Source: an uncultured Legionellales bacterium (lineage in GTDB: Bacteria > Pseudomonadota > Gammaproteobacteria > PIVX01). Taken from it: 62,817 nucleotides of DNA. The first letter of the stretch is position 1, and each line of letters starts with the position of its first letter. The notes under the pieces were generated by a model. The model did no database searches. It saw nothing but the letters and a program-made list of their open reading frames with translations, and had not been told where the DNA came from. Shown one piece after another: positions 29,352 to 37,948 of the stretch. The DNA lies in assembly GCA_964352915.1 (NCBI GenBank), contig CAYGTQ010000002.1:1-62817 (forward strand), read 5' to 3'. The position numbers and the translations under genes are program-made.

Positions 29352-30683
29352 TTAAGCAGTTTGTTCTTGGCTGGTTGTGCCTGTCAAATTGCAATCACGT
29401 ATTTCTTTTAAAATTTCTATGGCGTTGGATAAAGTAATGCGTTTCCTGAAATTTAATAATTCTTCAAGACGTTTTTGTAATACAGGCATCTCTTCAGCTT
29501 TTGCGCCAGCGCTTAAACTCAAATTGGTGATATGTAAGCGCATGTGGCCTGCAACTAGGCCTACGGTGGTCAGTGCCTTGAGAGCGCCTAAATTTTGCAC
29601 CAAACCTACGGCTGCTATAATTCTGCTTAATTGGTTGGCGGATTCGATGTTCATCATTCTTAAACACATCTGCGCCGTTGGATGTAGTTTAGTCATACCG
29701 CCCACAGTTCCTACGGCGATAGGTGCTATTAATTCACCAATTAAGTTATTTTGGTCACGGTACCAACGTGTGATTGAACGGTACTGTCCCGTTTGCACTG
29801 CATAAGCATGAATGGCAGCCTCAACAGCTCGCCAGTCATTACCCGTGGCAATTAAAATAGGATCGATACCGTTTAATACGCCTTTGTTGTGTGTGGTGGC
29901 TCGATAAGGATCCTGCTCAGCAAAATAAGAGGCTTGTTCTATGTTTTCTGCCAGTGCTGGGTCGATATTACGTAGAACAATACGTGCTTTTGTAAGTTTA
30001 TGTATGCTTAAGTTTGAGATAATACACATCGTCACTTTTTCATGGGTCAATACTTCGATATGAGGCTTGAGCATCTCACAAATCTGTGTGGTGATATTTG
30101 CGCCCATAGCATCACAAGTATCGACCTCGACGTGCAAAACTACCATGGTGCCGTCTGAGCTTTGAGCTGGGAAACTACGTATCTGGATTTCTTTAACGCC
30201 GCCACCACGTTTCACCAAACCTTGAGCTATTTGTTCGTTGGCAATCTTTATCAGGTGTTCTTTGTGTTCTTCAATGATGCTCTCAAATTTGATAAAATTT
30301 TTCACACAGGCTAATTGTATTTGGCCTGTCACATAACCTTTACCCAGTAATTCAGTGGTAATTTCTCCTTCCTGGCGTACCCATTTCGCTGTTTTGCTAA
30401 GCGAAGCGATCACTGATGTTTCTTCAATAGCCATGGGTATGGCATAGTCCTGTCCATCTATTTTTAGATTAGCTGCAATTCCTAATGGGATCTGATAATA
30501 GCCAATGACATTTTCTATAAGGTTTTCAGCAAGCTCGGTTGGAAGTCCACTGTTTTTTTTAAGTGTACGCACATCTTGAGTCGTCAGCACACCCATTTGA
30601 ATTAAGCGCTTGAATCGCTGATCAAGCGTAAGCTTAGAGAAACCTTTGAATAATTCACCTACTGTGGTGGATTCATTGCCCAT
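29352..30683 (-). CDS. mvaA: Hydroxymethylglutaryl-CoA reductase, class II (degradative/bacterial type)
   Basis: 443 aa. IENVIGYYQIPLGIA, PMAIEETSVIAS, DAMGANI, GNDWRAVEA and VGTVGG are class II HMGR motifs. Confidence 0.92.
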   Translation of the reverse strand: MGNESTTVGELFKGFSKLTLDQRFKRLIQMGVLTTQDVRTLKKNSGLPTELAENLIENVIGYYQIPLGIAANLKIDGQDYAIPMAIEETSVIASLSKTAKWVRQEGEITTELLGKGYVTGQIQLACVKNFIKFESIIEEHKEHLIKIANEQIAQGLVKRGGGVKEIQIRSFPAQSSDGTMVVLHVEVDTCDAMGANITTQICEMLKPHIEVLTHEKVTMCIISNLSIHKLTKARIVLRNIDPALAENIEQASYFAEQDPYRATTHNKGVLNGIDPILIATGNDWRAVEAAIHAYAVQTGQYRSITRWYRDQNNLIGELIAPIAVGTVGGMTKLHPTAQMCLRMMNIESANQLSRIIAAVGLVQNLGALKALTTVGLVAGHMRLHITNLSLSAGAKAEEMPVLQKRLEELLNFRKRITLSNAIEILKEIRDCNLTGTTSQEQTA

Positions 30684-31717
30684 ACATCATTCTCCCTAAG
30701 CGCCTCAATATGGCAGCTACCTGTGCAAAATAAAGACATTTTTAATTCAAACTCAACTCTTTGCATGTATTGACTAAGTGTATCATACCCAGCTAATGCT
30801 GCCTCTAGTATAGGCTTGGCAAAGCCAACATGCTTGGCACCAATGGCAAGCAGCTTTGCTGCATCTAAGCCACTGCGCACACCGCCAGAAGCCCATAGCT
30901 CATAATCGGGACTGAGCGATTGGCCATGCAGCAGCGAACTCACCGTGCTGATACCCCAGTTACGAAAAGTTTGTGCAGCTTGTGCATGCATGGTGATGGA
31001 TCGTTTACCTTCAATGCGTCCCCAATGCGTCCCACCTAAACCACTGAGGTCGACAGCATACAAACCACAATTAAGCAATTTGCTTAGAGTCTGTTTTGAG
31101 AAACCACAACCGGTTTCTTTAAAAATGACAGGTATGCAAAGTTTTTGACAAATGTTTTCAATAGCTTGTAAACCGCCTTTAAAGTAAGGCGTACCTTCAG
31201 GTTGCAGGCATTCCTGCACAGGATTGGTGTGAATAAACAAAGCTTCAGCGGCCAAAGGCTCAAGCATACGCTCAATATCGTCCATAGGCGTTTGTATCAA
31301 TTGGCTCAAGCCAATGTTACCAATCAGACGAGCGTCTGGGACTTCTTTTCTGATGCTGAGCCACTCTTTTTTAGCTGATGCGTCAAATAACTGACGCCGT
31401 TGAGAGCCAACACCCATCAGCCATCCTTGTTGTGCACTGGCTTGAGCCAACACTAGGTTGATGCTTTGAGCACTGCTGTGTCCTGCTGTCATGGAGCATA
31501 TAAAAAAAGGGGTGGGGCACACTTTACCAAAAGCCTGCGTGCTGATGTCAATCTCAGAAAAATCAAGTTCAGGCAATGCTTCATGTCGTAAGGAAATACG
31601 ATCTAGCCCACTGCTTCCAGCTGCTTCATTTTCAGGGTTAAGCGCAAGACGAATATGATCTTGTTTGCGCTCTTCAAATTGCTCAATAGGCTCGTTAGAA
31701 TGGTTTGAAAGAGTCAT
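30659..31717 (-). CDS. fni: Type 2 isopentenyl-diphosphate delta-isomerase (FMN-dependent)
   Basis: 352 aa. RKQDHIRLAL ... MTAGHS ... GVGSQR ... KETGCGFS ... SGLGGTHW ... ASGGVRSGLD are the IDI-2 TIM-barrel motifs. Confidence 0.92.
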   Translation of the reverse strand: MTLSNHSNEPIEQFEERKQDHIRLALNPENEAAGSSGLDRISLRHEALPELDFSEIDISTQAFGKVCPTPFFICSMTAGHSSAQSINLVLAQASAQQGWLMGVGSQRRQLFDASAKKEWLSIRKEVPDARLIGNIGLSQLIQTPMDDIERMLEPLAAEALFIHTNPVQECLQPEGTPYFKGGLQAIENICQKLCIPVIFKETGCGFSKQTLSKLLNCGLYAVDLSGLGGTHWGRIEGKRSITMHAQAAQTFRNWGISTVSSLLHGQSLSPDYELWASGGVRSGLDAAKLLAIGAKHVGFAKPILEAALAGYDTLSQYMQRVEFELKMSLFCTGSCHIEALRENDVWAMNPPQ

Positions 31718-31911
31718 TATTATCCAGAAATAAACCTTTTATTGCCACCTGCATAGCGATAGCTGCGGCACATTCGTAGAGATCATGTGTCTAATTATAC
31801 GAGAAGGTAGGTGCAATTGGAACAATCTGTGTTCAATATCTTGACTCAAGGACGGTTTTGGCAAGATTATTGCTTGATTTATCGTGATAAACAGTCTTTA
31901 CGGGGATATGT

Positions 31912-32259
31912 ATGATGTATGATGAACAAGAAGTGATCAATCACGTTCGGCTGCAATTTAATGTAGCGCATCCTGATTTAGAAGAAATATGGCAAGCAGG
32001 CTATGAGTGTGCAGAGCAAAAGCAGCTGTTGTCTGCTAACCCCTACAAAGCACACACTACCGATCATTTTCATTGGGCAGAAGGTTGGTGGGCAGGGTAT
32101 TATGAGGTGAACATTGAACAAATTGCAGCTAATCAGCCACAGTTCTTACGTTGGAGTCAAGAAAGCAGATTTTTTACAATGGCACAGCTTTTTGGCAACA
32201 TCTTGGGTGGATTGATGGCGTCAATAGTGTGTTATGAGATTTTAGATATGGCTATTTAG
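31912..32259 (+). CDS. Hypothetical protein with an Rmf/CrpP-like motif and a C-terminal TM helix
   Basis: 115 aa. GGGGA SD 5 nt upstream. WQAGYECAEQKQLLSANPYKAHTTDHFHWAEGWWAGY mirrors the RMF pattern GYxAG-N9-PY-N8/9-WxxGW. A hydrophobic tail ends the protein (LFGNILGGLMASIVCYEIL). Confidence 0.55.
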   Translation: MMYDEQEVINHVRLQFNVAHPDLEEIWQAGYECAEQKQLLSANPYKAHTTDHFHWAEGWWAGYYEVNIEQIAANQPQFLRWSQESRFFTMAQLFGNILGGLMASIVCYEILDMAI

Positions 32260-32401
32260 GGCAATACGTTTCATTGTGCACTTACCTAAAAGTGAAGATG
32301 GTGTCACCTTGGCAATCTTTACATCACAGATATATGCTGGTTTTGGGAGCATGTGTATTGCCAGCATAAATTTGGTAATAGGGTAAATTCTCCATGGTCT
32401 A

Positions 32402-32451
32402 GACGACAAGATACCATTTGTATCCTTGTTCAGTGAAAGTATCTTGCCGTC
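32402..32451. terminator. Long hairpin between convergent orphan genes (possible bidirectional terminator)
   Basis: GACGACAAGATAC (32402-32414) pairs with GTATCTTGCCGTC (32439-32451), 12 of 13 positions, with a 24-nt loop. There is no adjacent U-run on either strand. Confidence 0.25.
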
Positions 32452-32481
32452 ATTTAGGTGTTTTGAGCAAAGTCTTCTAAT

Positions 32482-32823
32482 TTATTCGAACCTTCTGATA
32501 ACCTCTCCATTCAAAAGCAATATTTGGCCTGTCTCACTGACAGAATCAAAGTAATCCAGAGTTAGTTTTTGTAAATCATCAAGCATAGGCGTATTTTCTA
32601 ATTCATCTCTATAATTTACGCCAGTAACTTCGTTGAGCTCTATATCAAGGGTAATCTCATCTCTTAAACCATATCTGGGTGTAGCTGATAAAACCGTGTC
32701 GTGAGCCTTCCACCACCTGTGCTGACCTAAAGTCCTTCTTTTATCTAAGATAAATTTTACAGGTAAAATTCTAGACAAGGTTTTTTGTTCAAAAAATTTA
32801 TTAAATAGGCCACTCCTCAACAT
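32482..32823 (-). CDS. Hypothetical protein (orphan)
   Basis: 113-aa ORF, no recognisable family, no convincing SD. The start lies 36 nt from the left end of the IS element. Confidence 0.4.
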   Translation of the reverse strand: MLRSGLFNKFFEQKTLSRILPVKFILDKRRTLGQHRWWKAHDTVLSATPRYGLRDEITLDIELNEVTGVNYRDELENTPMLDDLQKLTLDYFDSVSETGQILLLNGEVIRRFE

Positions 32824-32859
32824 ATCAGAATATCAGAAATGACAACCTGAACAGTTTTA

Positions 32860-32877
32860 GAAGGGGTTTGGTTAAAG
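32860..32877 (+). repeat. Left terminal inverted repeat of the IS element
   Basis: GAAGGGGTTTGGTTAAAG; 16/18 match to the reverse complement of 33703-33720. Confidence 0.8.
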
Positions 32878-32927
32878 GTTAAATAAATTGTATGATTCTG
32901 TGTATTTTTGAATAAAGGAGCCACGGA

Positions 32928-33645
32928 ATGAGTTGCCCAAGTGATTTAACGGAAGAAGACTGGTCTAAGATAAAACATTTTTTTGTTCGCAGCGATCTTC
33001 GAGGAGCGGTTTCACGGCATGATAAGCAGCAGATAGTGAACGCTATCCTGTACGCGGTCAAAGGAGGTATCCAGTGGCGCATGCTGCCACGTGATTTCCC
33101 TCCCTGGCAAACAGTTTATGATCATTATTGCAACTGCTGCTAGGGAGGTAGGTGTATGGGATAAAGTATTGATGTCTTTAACAGAGCAGCACCGCGAGAA
33201 AGCAGGACGTCACCCTCAACCTGGCTACGGCATCATCGATTCACAAAGTGTCAAAACACAATATGTCAGTGAAGCCAGAGGTATCGATGGTGGGAAAAAA
33301 AATCAAAGGTCGTGAACGTCATATTATCGTTGATATCATGGGGAATTTACTGCATGTTAAGGTTCATGCTGCCAATGAACATGATAGCAAAGCCGGCACA
33401 AAAGTATTTACACAGACACAACAAAGATACCCATCCATCGAAGCTTACAGCGGGGACGCTGGTTATCGAGGCACAGCTGCCTGGCATGTAGAAAATATAA
33501 TGAAATTAAAGCTGGCATTCCACAGAAAATTAAAGATGGGTTTGCTGTCTTACTTAAGCGAAGGGCGGTTGAAAGAACTTTTGCATGGCTTGGTAACTTC
33601 AGAAGATTAGCCAAAAATTTTGAAATACTTACTGAAAGAGCTTAG
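32928..33645 (+). pseudogene. IS5-family DDE transposase split over three reading frames
   Basis: Frame 0 gives LTEEDWSKIKHFF...GIQWRMLPRDFPPWQTVYDHY. A second frame gives GVWDKVL...GIIDSQSVKT...IDGGKK. A third gives KIKGRERHIIVD...HVKVHAANEHDSKA...AYSGDAGYRG. The last motif, GFAVLLKRRAVERTFAWLGNFRRLAKNFE, needs a further shift. One break is at an A9 run (about 33294-33302). Confidence 0.85.
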
Positions 33646-33702
33646 AATATCATCCGTATTGCTATGATTAAAATTACTCTGGGGCCATTAATAAATGTTA
33701 GT

Positions 33703-33720
33703 CTTTAACCAAACAGCTTC
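33703..33720 (-). repeat. Right terminal inverted repeat of the IS element
   Basis: The reverse complement reads GAAGCTGTTTGGTTAAAG. Confidence 0.8.
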
Positions 33721-34544
33721 TAAAAAGAACTATTTATTGCCAACAGATTGAAAAGCCAGACCAAATATAACCGCAAAGCGCGTTATGTTATGAAGAGCCA
33801 ACTTGTCGTATTGCAATAATATGTATATTTTTTGTCAATTTCGACACAATAAAGACTTGAGCACAGTAAGGTGCTGCAGTATTTATAGACATCCTCTGAA
33901 GTTATGAAATAGGGCCCAAAGGAGTGCTCAGGGTTATGGAGCTAATGTGGTTTTATAAGCGAAAGATAGCATACAATAAACAGTGCTTGTTTGGTTTCAA
34001 TATGCGGTGTTGATTGCTTGAAAGTTGTTGTTTGTTTATTTATGACCTCATTATTCATGATGCCCATAATCTTTTAAATGGGGATAAGGTTAAGGCTCTA
34101 AGGTTGTAGACAATGAGGCAGTTTAGTCTGCCTGCAGTCTCTTTGACAGACATGATAGACCAGCTCGATCTAAAATTAGATGAGTTCGCTGCTTTGTGCA
34201 TATTCTTCTGAAGCAGATCATGTGCTTTGCATAAAAATGTGCTGGTATGCGTGCTGTTGATGGTCTCAACGCATCATACACTGTTTGAAGTTGTTCTAAA
34301 TCTATGGCCCCACCAGATTCAATCCAGTCCCGGATGTTATGGTGACTACGGATTTTTTTGTCCCTACATATTTGACCACAACTGAATGAAGTGGTTTGGA
34401 TACAAACTATCTATGAGTAATGTAGATAACGAAAAGACCTACTACTGATAACCCTTAACGTACTGCTATTTAATAAAAAAATTGTTAATTGTACTATCTA
34501 TGAAAAATTTATCTAATGCTACATCATAGATTTTAATTGATTGC

Positions 34545-35123
34545 TTAATCCACCAATTCGGCTTCTTTAAGCTGCTGGATATGCTTTCTTTGTATCTCAT
34601 TGATATGGTAGCTTAACAAATCTTTATCTTCTTCTGTCGTATCTAGAAACTTTGTTGAAATTCGGTATGGGTTGTTTTCGTTAACTGTTTGTTGACACAT
34701 GACTACTCGTGCGCCTAATTCCAGAGCAATTAAAGATGGGTGGAGTATCATTTTTATAGCCAAAAGTGTGCCTTCTTCAATAGGTGAATTTGAGGTGAAG
34801 CCAATGCCACCAATGCTGAGATTTGCCTTGCACAGAGGGCGTGACTCTGCTGATAATATGCATTTGAGTGAAATGGTATTTTTTTCATTAATAGATTTTA
34901 AGCAATGAGCTATGCGTGGAAATTTCTTTTCAATATTTATAATTTGTTGTGTAATATCACGATTAAGTACTTGTGTTTTTTTGATGACTTGAAAATACTT
35001 TCCATCTTCTTTGGCCAAGGAACGGTTATGCACGGCATTGTCTGCTTCCCTGGTTGGCAGTACTGATGAGTAATAGAGCTCGATATGATCTTCTACACGA
35101 AAATATTGACGTTGGTTTTTCAC
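34545..35123 (-). CDS. PilZ-domain protein (putative c-di-GMP receptor)
   Basis: 192 aa, GTG start. N-terminal RQYFR (RxxxR) and a later NLSIGGIGF (D/NxSxxG), followed by beta-barrel-like strands (GTLLAIKM...RVVMCQ). Confidence 0.6.
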   Translation of the reverse strand: MKNQRQYFRVEDHIELYYSSVLPTREADNAVHNRSLAKEDGKYFQVIKKTQVLNRDITQQIINIEKKFPRIAHCLKSINEKNTISLKCILSAESRPLCKANLSIGGIGFTSNSPIEEGTLLAIKMILHPSLIALELGARVVMCQQTVNENNPYRISTKFLDTTEEDKDLLSYHINEIQRKHIQQLKEAELVD

Positions 35124-35272
35124 AGTATCACCGTATTGGCAGTTAGAGATATAATAAGTTAGTCTAGATTATCTTTTGTTATGTTGCCAAAGTAGGCAGT
35201 TTGATAAATAACGATTTGTTTTAAGGGACATGTTCATTTTATAATCTTAACTCATGCTTATCCAGGATATAA

Positions 35273-36529
35273 ATGTTTAAAATATCACCATTGTCATTTA
35301 AAATTGGCTTCAGGTACACTTATGCAAGCAGTGACAATCGGTTTGTGTCGTTTATTTCATTGATTTCCATGTTGGGTATTGCTTTGGGGGTTGCTGTCCT
35401 TATAACCGCGCTGTCTGTGATGAATGGGTTTAATGATGAACTTAAAGAAAAAATTTTAAGCATGTCTCCTGAGCTCAGCTTGTCACGGTACGATGGTAAA
35501 AACATCAAAAAAAATGAATTGCAGAAAGCTTTTGATGAGGCGCGTATTAAAACGTATGCTATGGCGCCTTACCTGGAAGCACAAGGGCTCATTAAACATG
35601 GTGACCGCTATCATCCGGTTGTAATGGCTGGTATTGAGCCAGCCCACGAACGCTCTCTAACAGCACTTGATAAAAAATTGAATCAAGGCAGTCTTGACGC
35701 CCTCAAGCCCAAATCTTTTGGTGTGGTATTGGGTGAAACTTTGGCAAACACCCTGGATGTTGTTTTGGATGATGAAGTGGTTATGATGGTGCCATCATTT
35801 GAAATAGGGCCTGTGGGCCTCATACCACGCTACAAAAAATGCCGCGTGGTGGGTGTTTTTTCAAATGATGGTATTGGGCTTGCCAGCAGTCATGTTTTTA
35901 TGCACATTGCTGATGTGTCGCCGTTTTTGTCTTCTTCACAGAGAGGGCAAAGCATAAGAATTAAACTCAACCATTGGTTTGAGGCGCCTCAGTTTGCACA
36001 AATGCTTTTTGACACATTGCCTCCTGATTACCAAATTTTTGATTTAACTTCCCGCTTTAGCAGTTATTTTCGTGCCATCAAAATGGAAAAAGCTATGATG
36101 TTTTTGACGTTAAGTATGCTCATTGCTATTTCAGCATTTAATTTGATAGCGTCTCAAGTCATGCTTGTTAGAGAAAAAAGAGGGGACATTGCTATACTAC
36201 GCACTTTCGGAGCTTCATCAAATCTAATATTATCTATTTTTATCGTACAAGGCTCTATCATTGGAGCGTTTGGCACTTTGCTTGGTTTGGTCTGTGGTGT
36301 GCTTTTATCATGGAATATTGATGCAGTGGTTGCTGGCATACAATGGATGACTGGCGTTGAGTTTTTTTCCGCTTCTATTTATGAATTGGAGCATCTGCCT
36401 TCAAAAATCATGCCAAGTGACGTACATTTTATATGCGTAATGGCTTGGCTTTTAAGCTTATTAGCGACTTTATATCCAGCCTGGAGCGCATCTAAAACCA
36501 GCCCTGTAGAGGTGTTGCGATATGAGTAA
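35273..36529 (+). CDS. lolC: Lipoprotein-releasing ABC transporter permease (LolC/LolE family)
   Basis: 418 aa. FKIGFRYTYASSDNRFVSFISLISMLGIALGVAVLI N-terminus, a large periplasmic loop, and a C-terminal FtsX domain ending PVEVLRYE. Confidence 0.92.
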   Translation: MFKISPLSFKIGFRYTYASSDNRFVSFISLISMLGIALGVAVLITALSVMNGFNDELKEKILSMSPELSLSRYDGKNIKKNELQKAFDEARIKTYAMAPYLEAQGLIKHGDRYHPVVMAGIEPAHERSLTALDKKLNQGSLDALKPKSFGVVLGETLANTLDVVLDDEVVMMVPSFEIGPVGLIPRYKKCRVVGVFSNDGIGLASSHVFMHIADVSPFLSSSQRGQSIRIKLNHWFEAPQFAQMLFDTLPPDYQIFDLTSRFSSYFRAIKMEKAMMFLTLSMLIAISAFNLIASQVMLVREKRGDIAILRTFGASSNLILSIFIVQGSIIGAFGTLLGLVCGVLLSWNIDAVVAGIQWMTGVEFFSASIYELEHLPSKIMPSDVHFICVMAWLLSLLATLYPAWSASKTSPVEVLRYE

Positions 36530-37229
36530 TGCACGGATTATTATTCAAACTCAAGCTGTAAGTAAAAGTTTTAATGATGCAGGCAGGCATTACTCAATTC
36601 TTGAAGGCATTGATTTTGATATAGCAGCCGGTTCAAGTATGGCTATTATGGGACCTTCAGGCTCAGGCAAGAGTACTTTTTTGCATATTTTAGGTGGTGT
36701 TGACAGGCCAACTTCTGGTGAAGTCATTATCAATGGCCATGCATTAAGTAAGCTTAATGAAGAAGCTCTTAGTTGCTTGCGCAATCAATCAATTGGGTTT
36801 GTTTATCAGACGCCGTTTCTGATGAAAGATTTTACGGTGATTGAGAATATTATGATGCCAATATATTTATGTGGGCATGGTTCTCGATATGCACGTAAGC
36901 AAGCACATCAACTCTTGGAAAGAGTGGGGCTGGCTGATTTAGCTGACAAATCGGTGATACAGTTGTCAGGGGGTGAAAAGCAGCGTATTTCGATTTTGAG
37001 AGCTGTTGCCAATAAACCAGACTGTTTATTGGCTGATGAGCCTACAGGGCATTTGGATCAAGAGAATGCAGTAGAAGTATGCCGATTTATGCTGCAATTA
37101 ACTGAGCACTTTTCAATGAGTCTGGCGCTGGTGACCCATGACTCGAATATTGCTCGTATGATGAAAAAACAGTATGAATTGGCATGCGGCAAAATAACGG
37201 ATTTAAATATGATGGATGCAGCAAGATGA
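36522..37229 (+). CDS. lolD: Lipoprotein-releasing ABC transporter ATP-binding protein LolD
   Basis: Walker A GPSGSGKST, signature LSGGEKQR, Walker B LLADEPTGHLD. Overlaps lolC by 8 nt. Confidence 0.92.
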   Translation: MSNARIIIQTQAVSKSFNDAGRHYSILEGIDFDIAAGSSMAIMGPSGSGKSTFLHILGGVDRPTSGEVIINGHALSKLNEEALSCLRNQSIGFVYQTPFLMKDFTVIENIMMPIYLCGHGSRYARKQAHQLLERVGLADLADKSVIQLSGGEKQRISILRAVANKPDCLLADEPTGHLDQENAVEVCRFMLQLTEHFSMSLALVTHDSNIARMMKKQYELACGKITDLNMMDAAR

Positions 37230-37948
37230 AAGAAAACAACCCTCACCATGTTGCCATTATTATGGATGGAAATGGCCGGTGGGCCAAAGCACGTGAACAA
37301 GATCGAGCTGTGGGGCATTTAGCTGGAGCCAAAGCAGCCAAACGTGCAGTGATGGCAGCACGAAGTCGCAATATAAAAATTTTGAGTCTGTTTGCATTCA
37401 GCAGTGAAAATTCAAACCGACCTGAAAGCGAAGTTTCAGCTTTGATGCAACTTTTTGTTGAAGTTATTCAGCAGGAGATTGATGAATTAAAACAAAAAGG
37501 GGTGAGATTAAGCTTTATTGGTGATCGAGAGTCTCTGCCTGTTTCTGTCCAGCAGTCTATGCGGTCAGCTGAGGCGTTGACCCACGATATGACAGATATG
37601 CAATTGGTCGTTGCCTTGAACTATGGAGGGCGATGGGATATTTTACAATCAGCGCAGAGACTTGCAAGGCAAGTCCAACAAGGGAAGCTGCAACCGGAGC
37701 TTATTGATGAAGATATGTTGTCCAGCACGTTGTCAACAGCAAGTTTACCAGAGCCAGATTTATTGATTCGCACGAGCGGTGAGCAAAGAATTAGTAACTT
37801 CTTTTTGTGGCAATTGGCTTATACAGAGCTATTTTTTACAGAAAGTCTATGGCCTGATTTCGATCAAGAGCTTTTTCATCAAGCTTTGGCTGATTATGGG
37901 CTTAGAAAACGCAGATACGGCAGCATTTCTGAAGAGATTAAAACATGA
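37226..37948 (+). CDS. uppS: Ditrans,polycis-undecaprenyl-diphosphate synthase
   Basis: HVAIIMDGNGRWA ... FAFSSENSNRP ... RTSGEQRISNFFLWQLAYTELFF. The ATG at 37226 overlaps the lolD stop (ATGA). The track ORF starts upstream at 37184. Confidence 0.95.
   Translation: MKENNPHHVAIIMDGNGRWAKAREQDRAVGHLAGAKAAKRAVMAARSRNIKILSLFAFSSENSNRPESEVSALMQLFVEVIQQEIDELKQKGVRLSFIGDRESLPVSVQQSMRSAEALTHDMTDMQLVVALNYGGRWDILQSAQRLARQVQQGKLQPELIDEDMLSSTLSTASLPEPDLLIRTSGEQRISNFFLWQLAYTELFFTESLWPDFDQELFHQALADYGLRKRRYGSISEEIKT

Larger units (their letters stand above)
32860..33720 (+). mobile_element. IS5-family (IS427-like group) insertion sequence, about 861 bp, with an inactivated transposase
   Basis: Terminal inverted repeats GAAGGGGTTTGGTTAAAG (32860-32877) and the reverse complement of CTTTAACCAAACAGCTTC (33703-33720) match at 16 of 18 positions. 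A TA dinucleotide flanks both ends. The interior encodes DDE transposase fragments. Confidence 0.85.
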
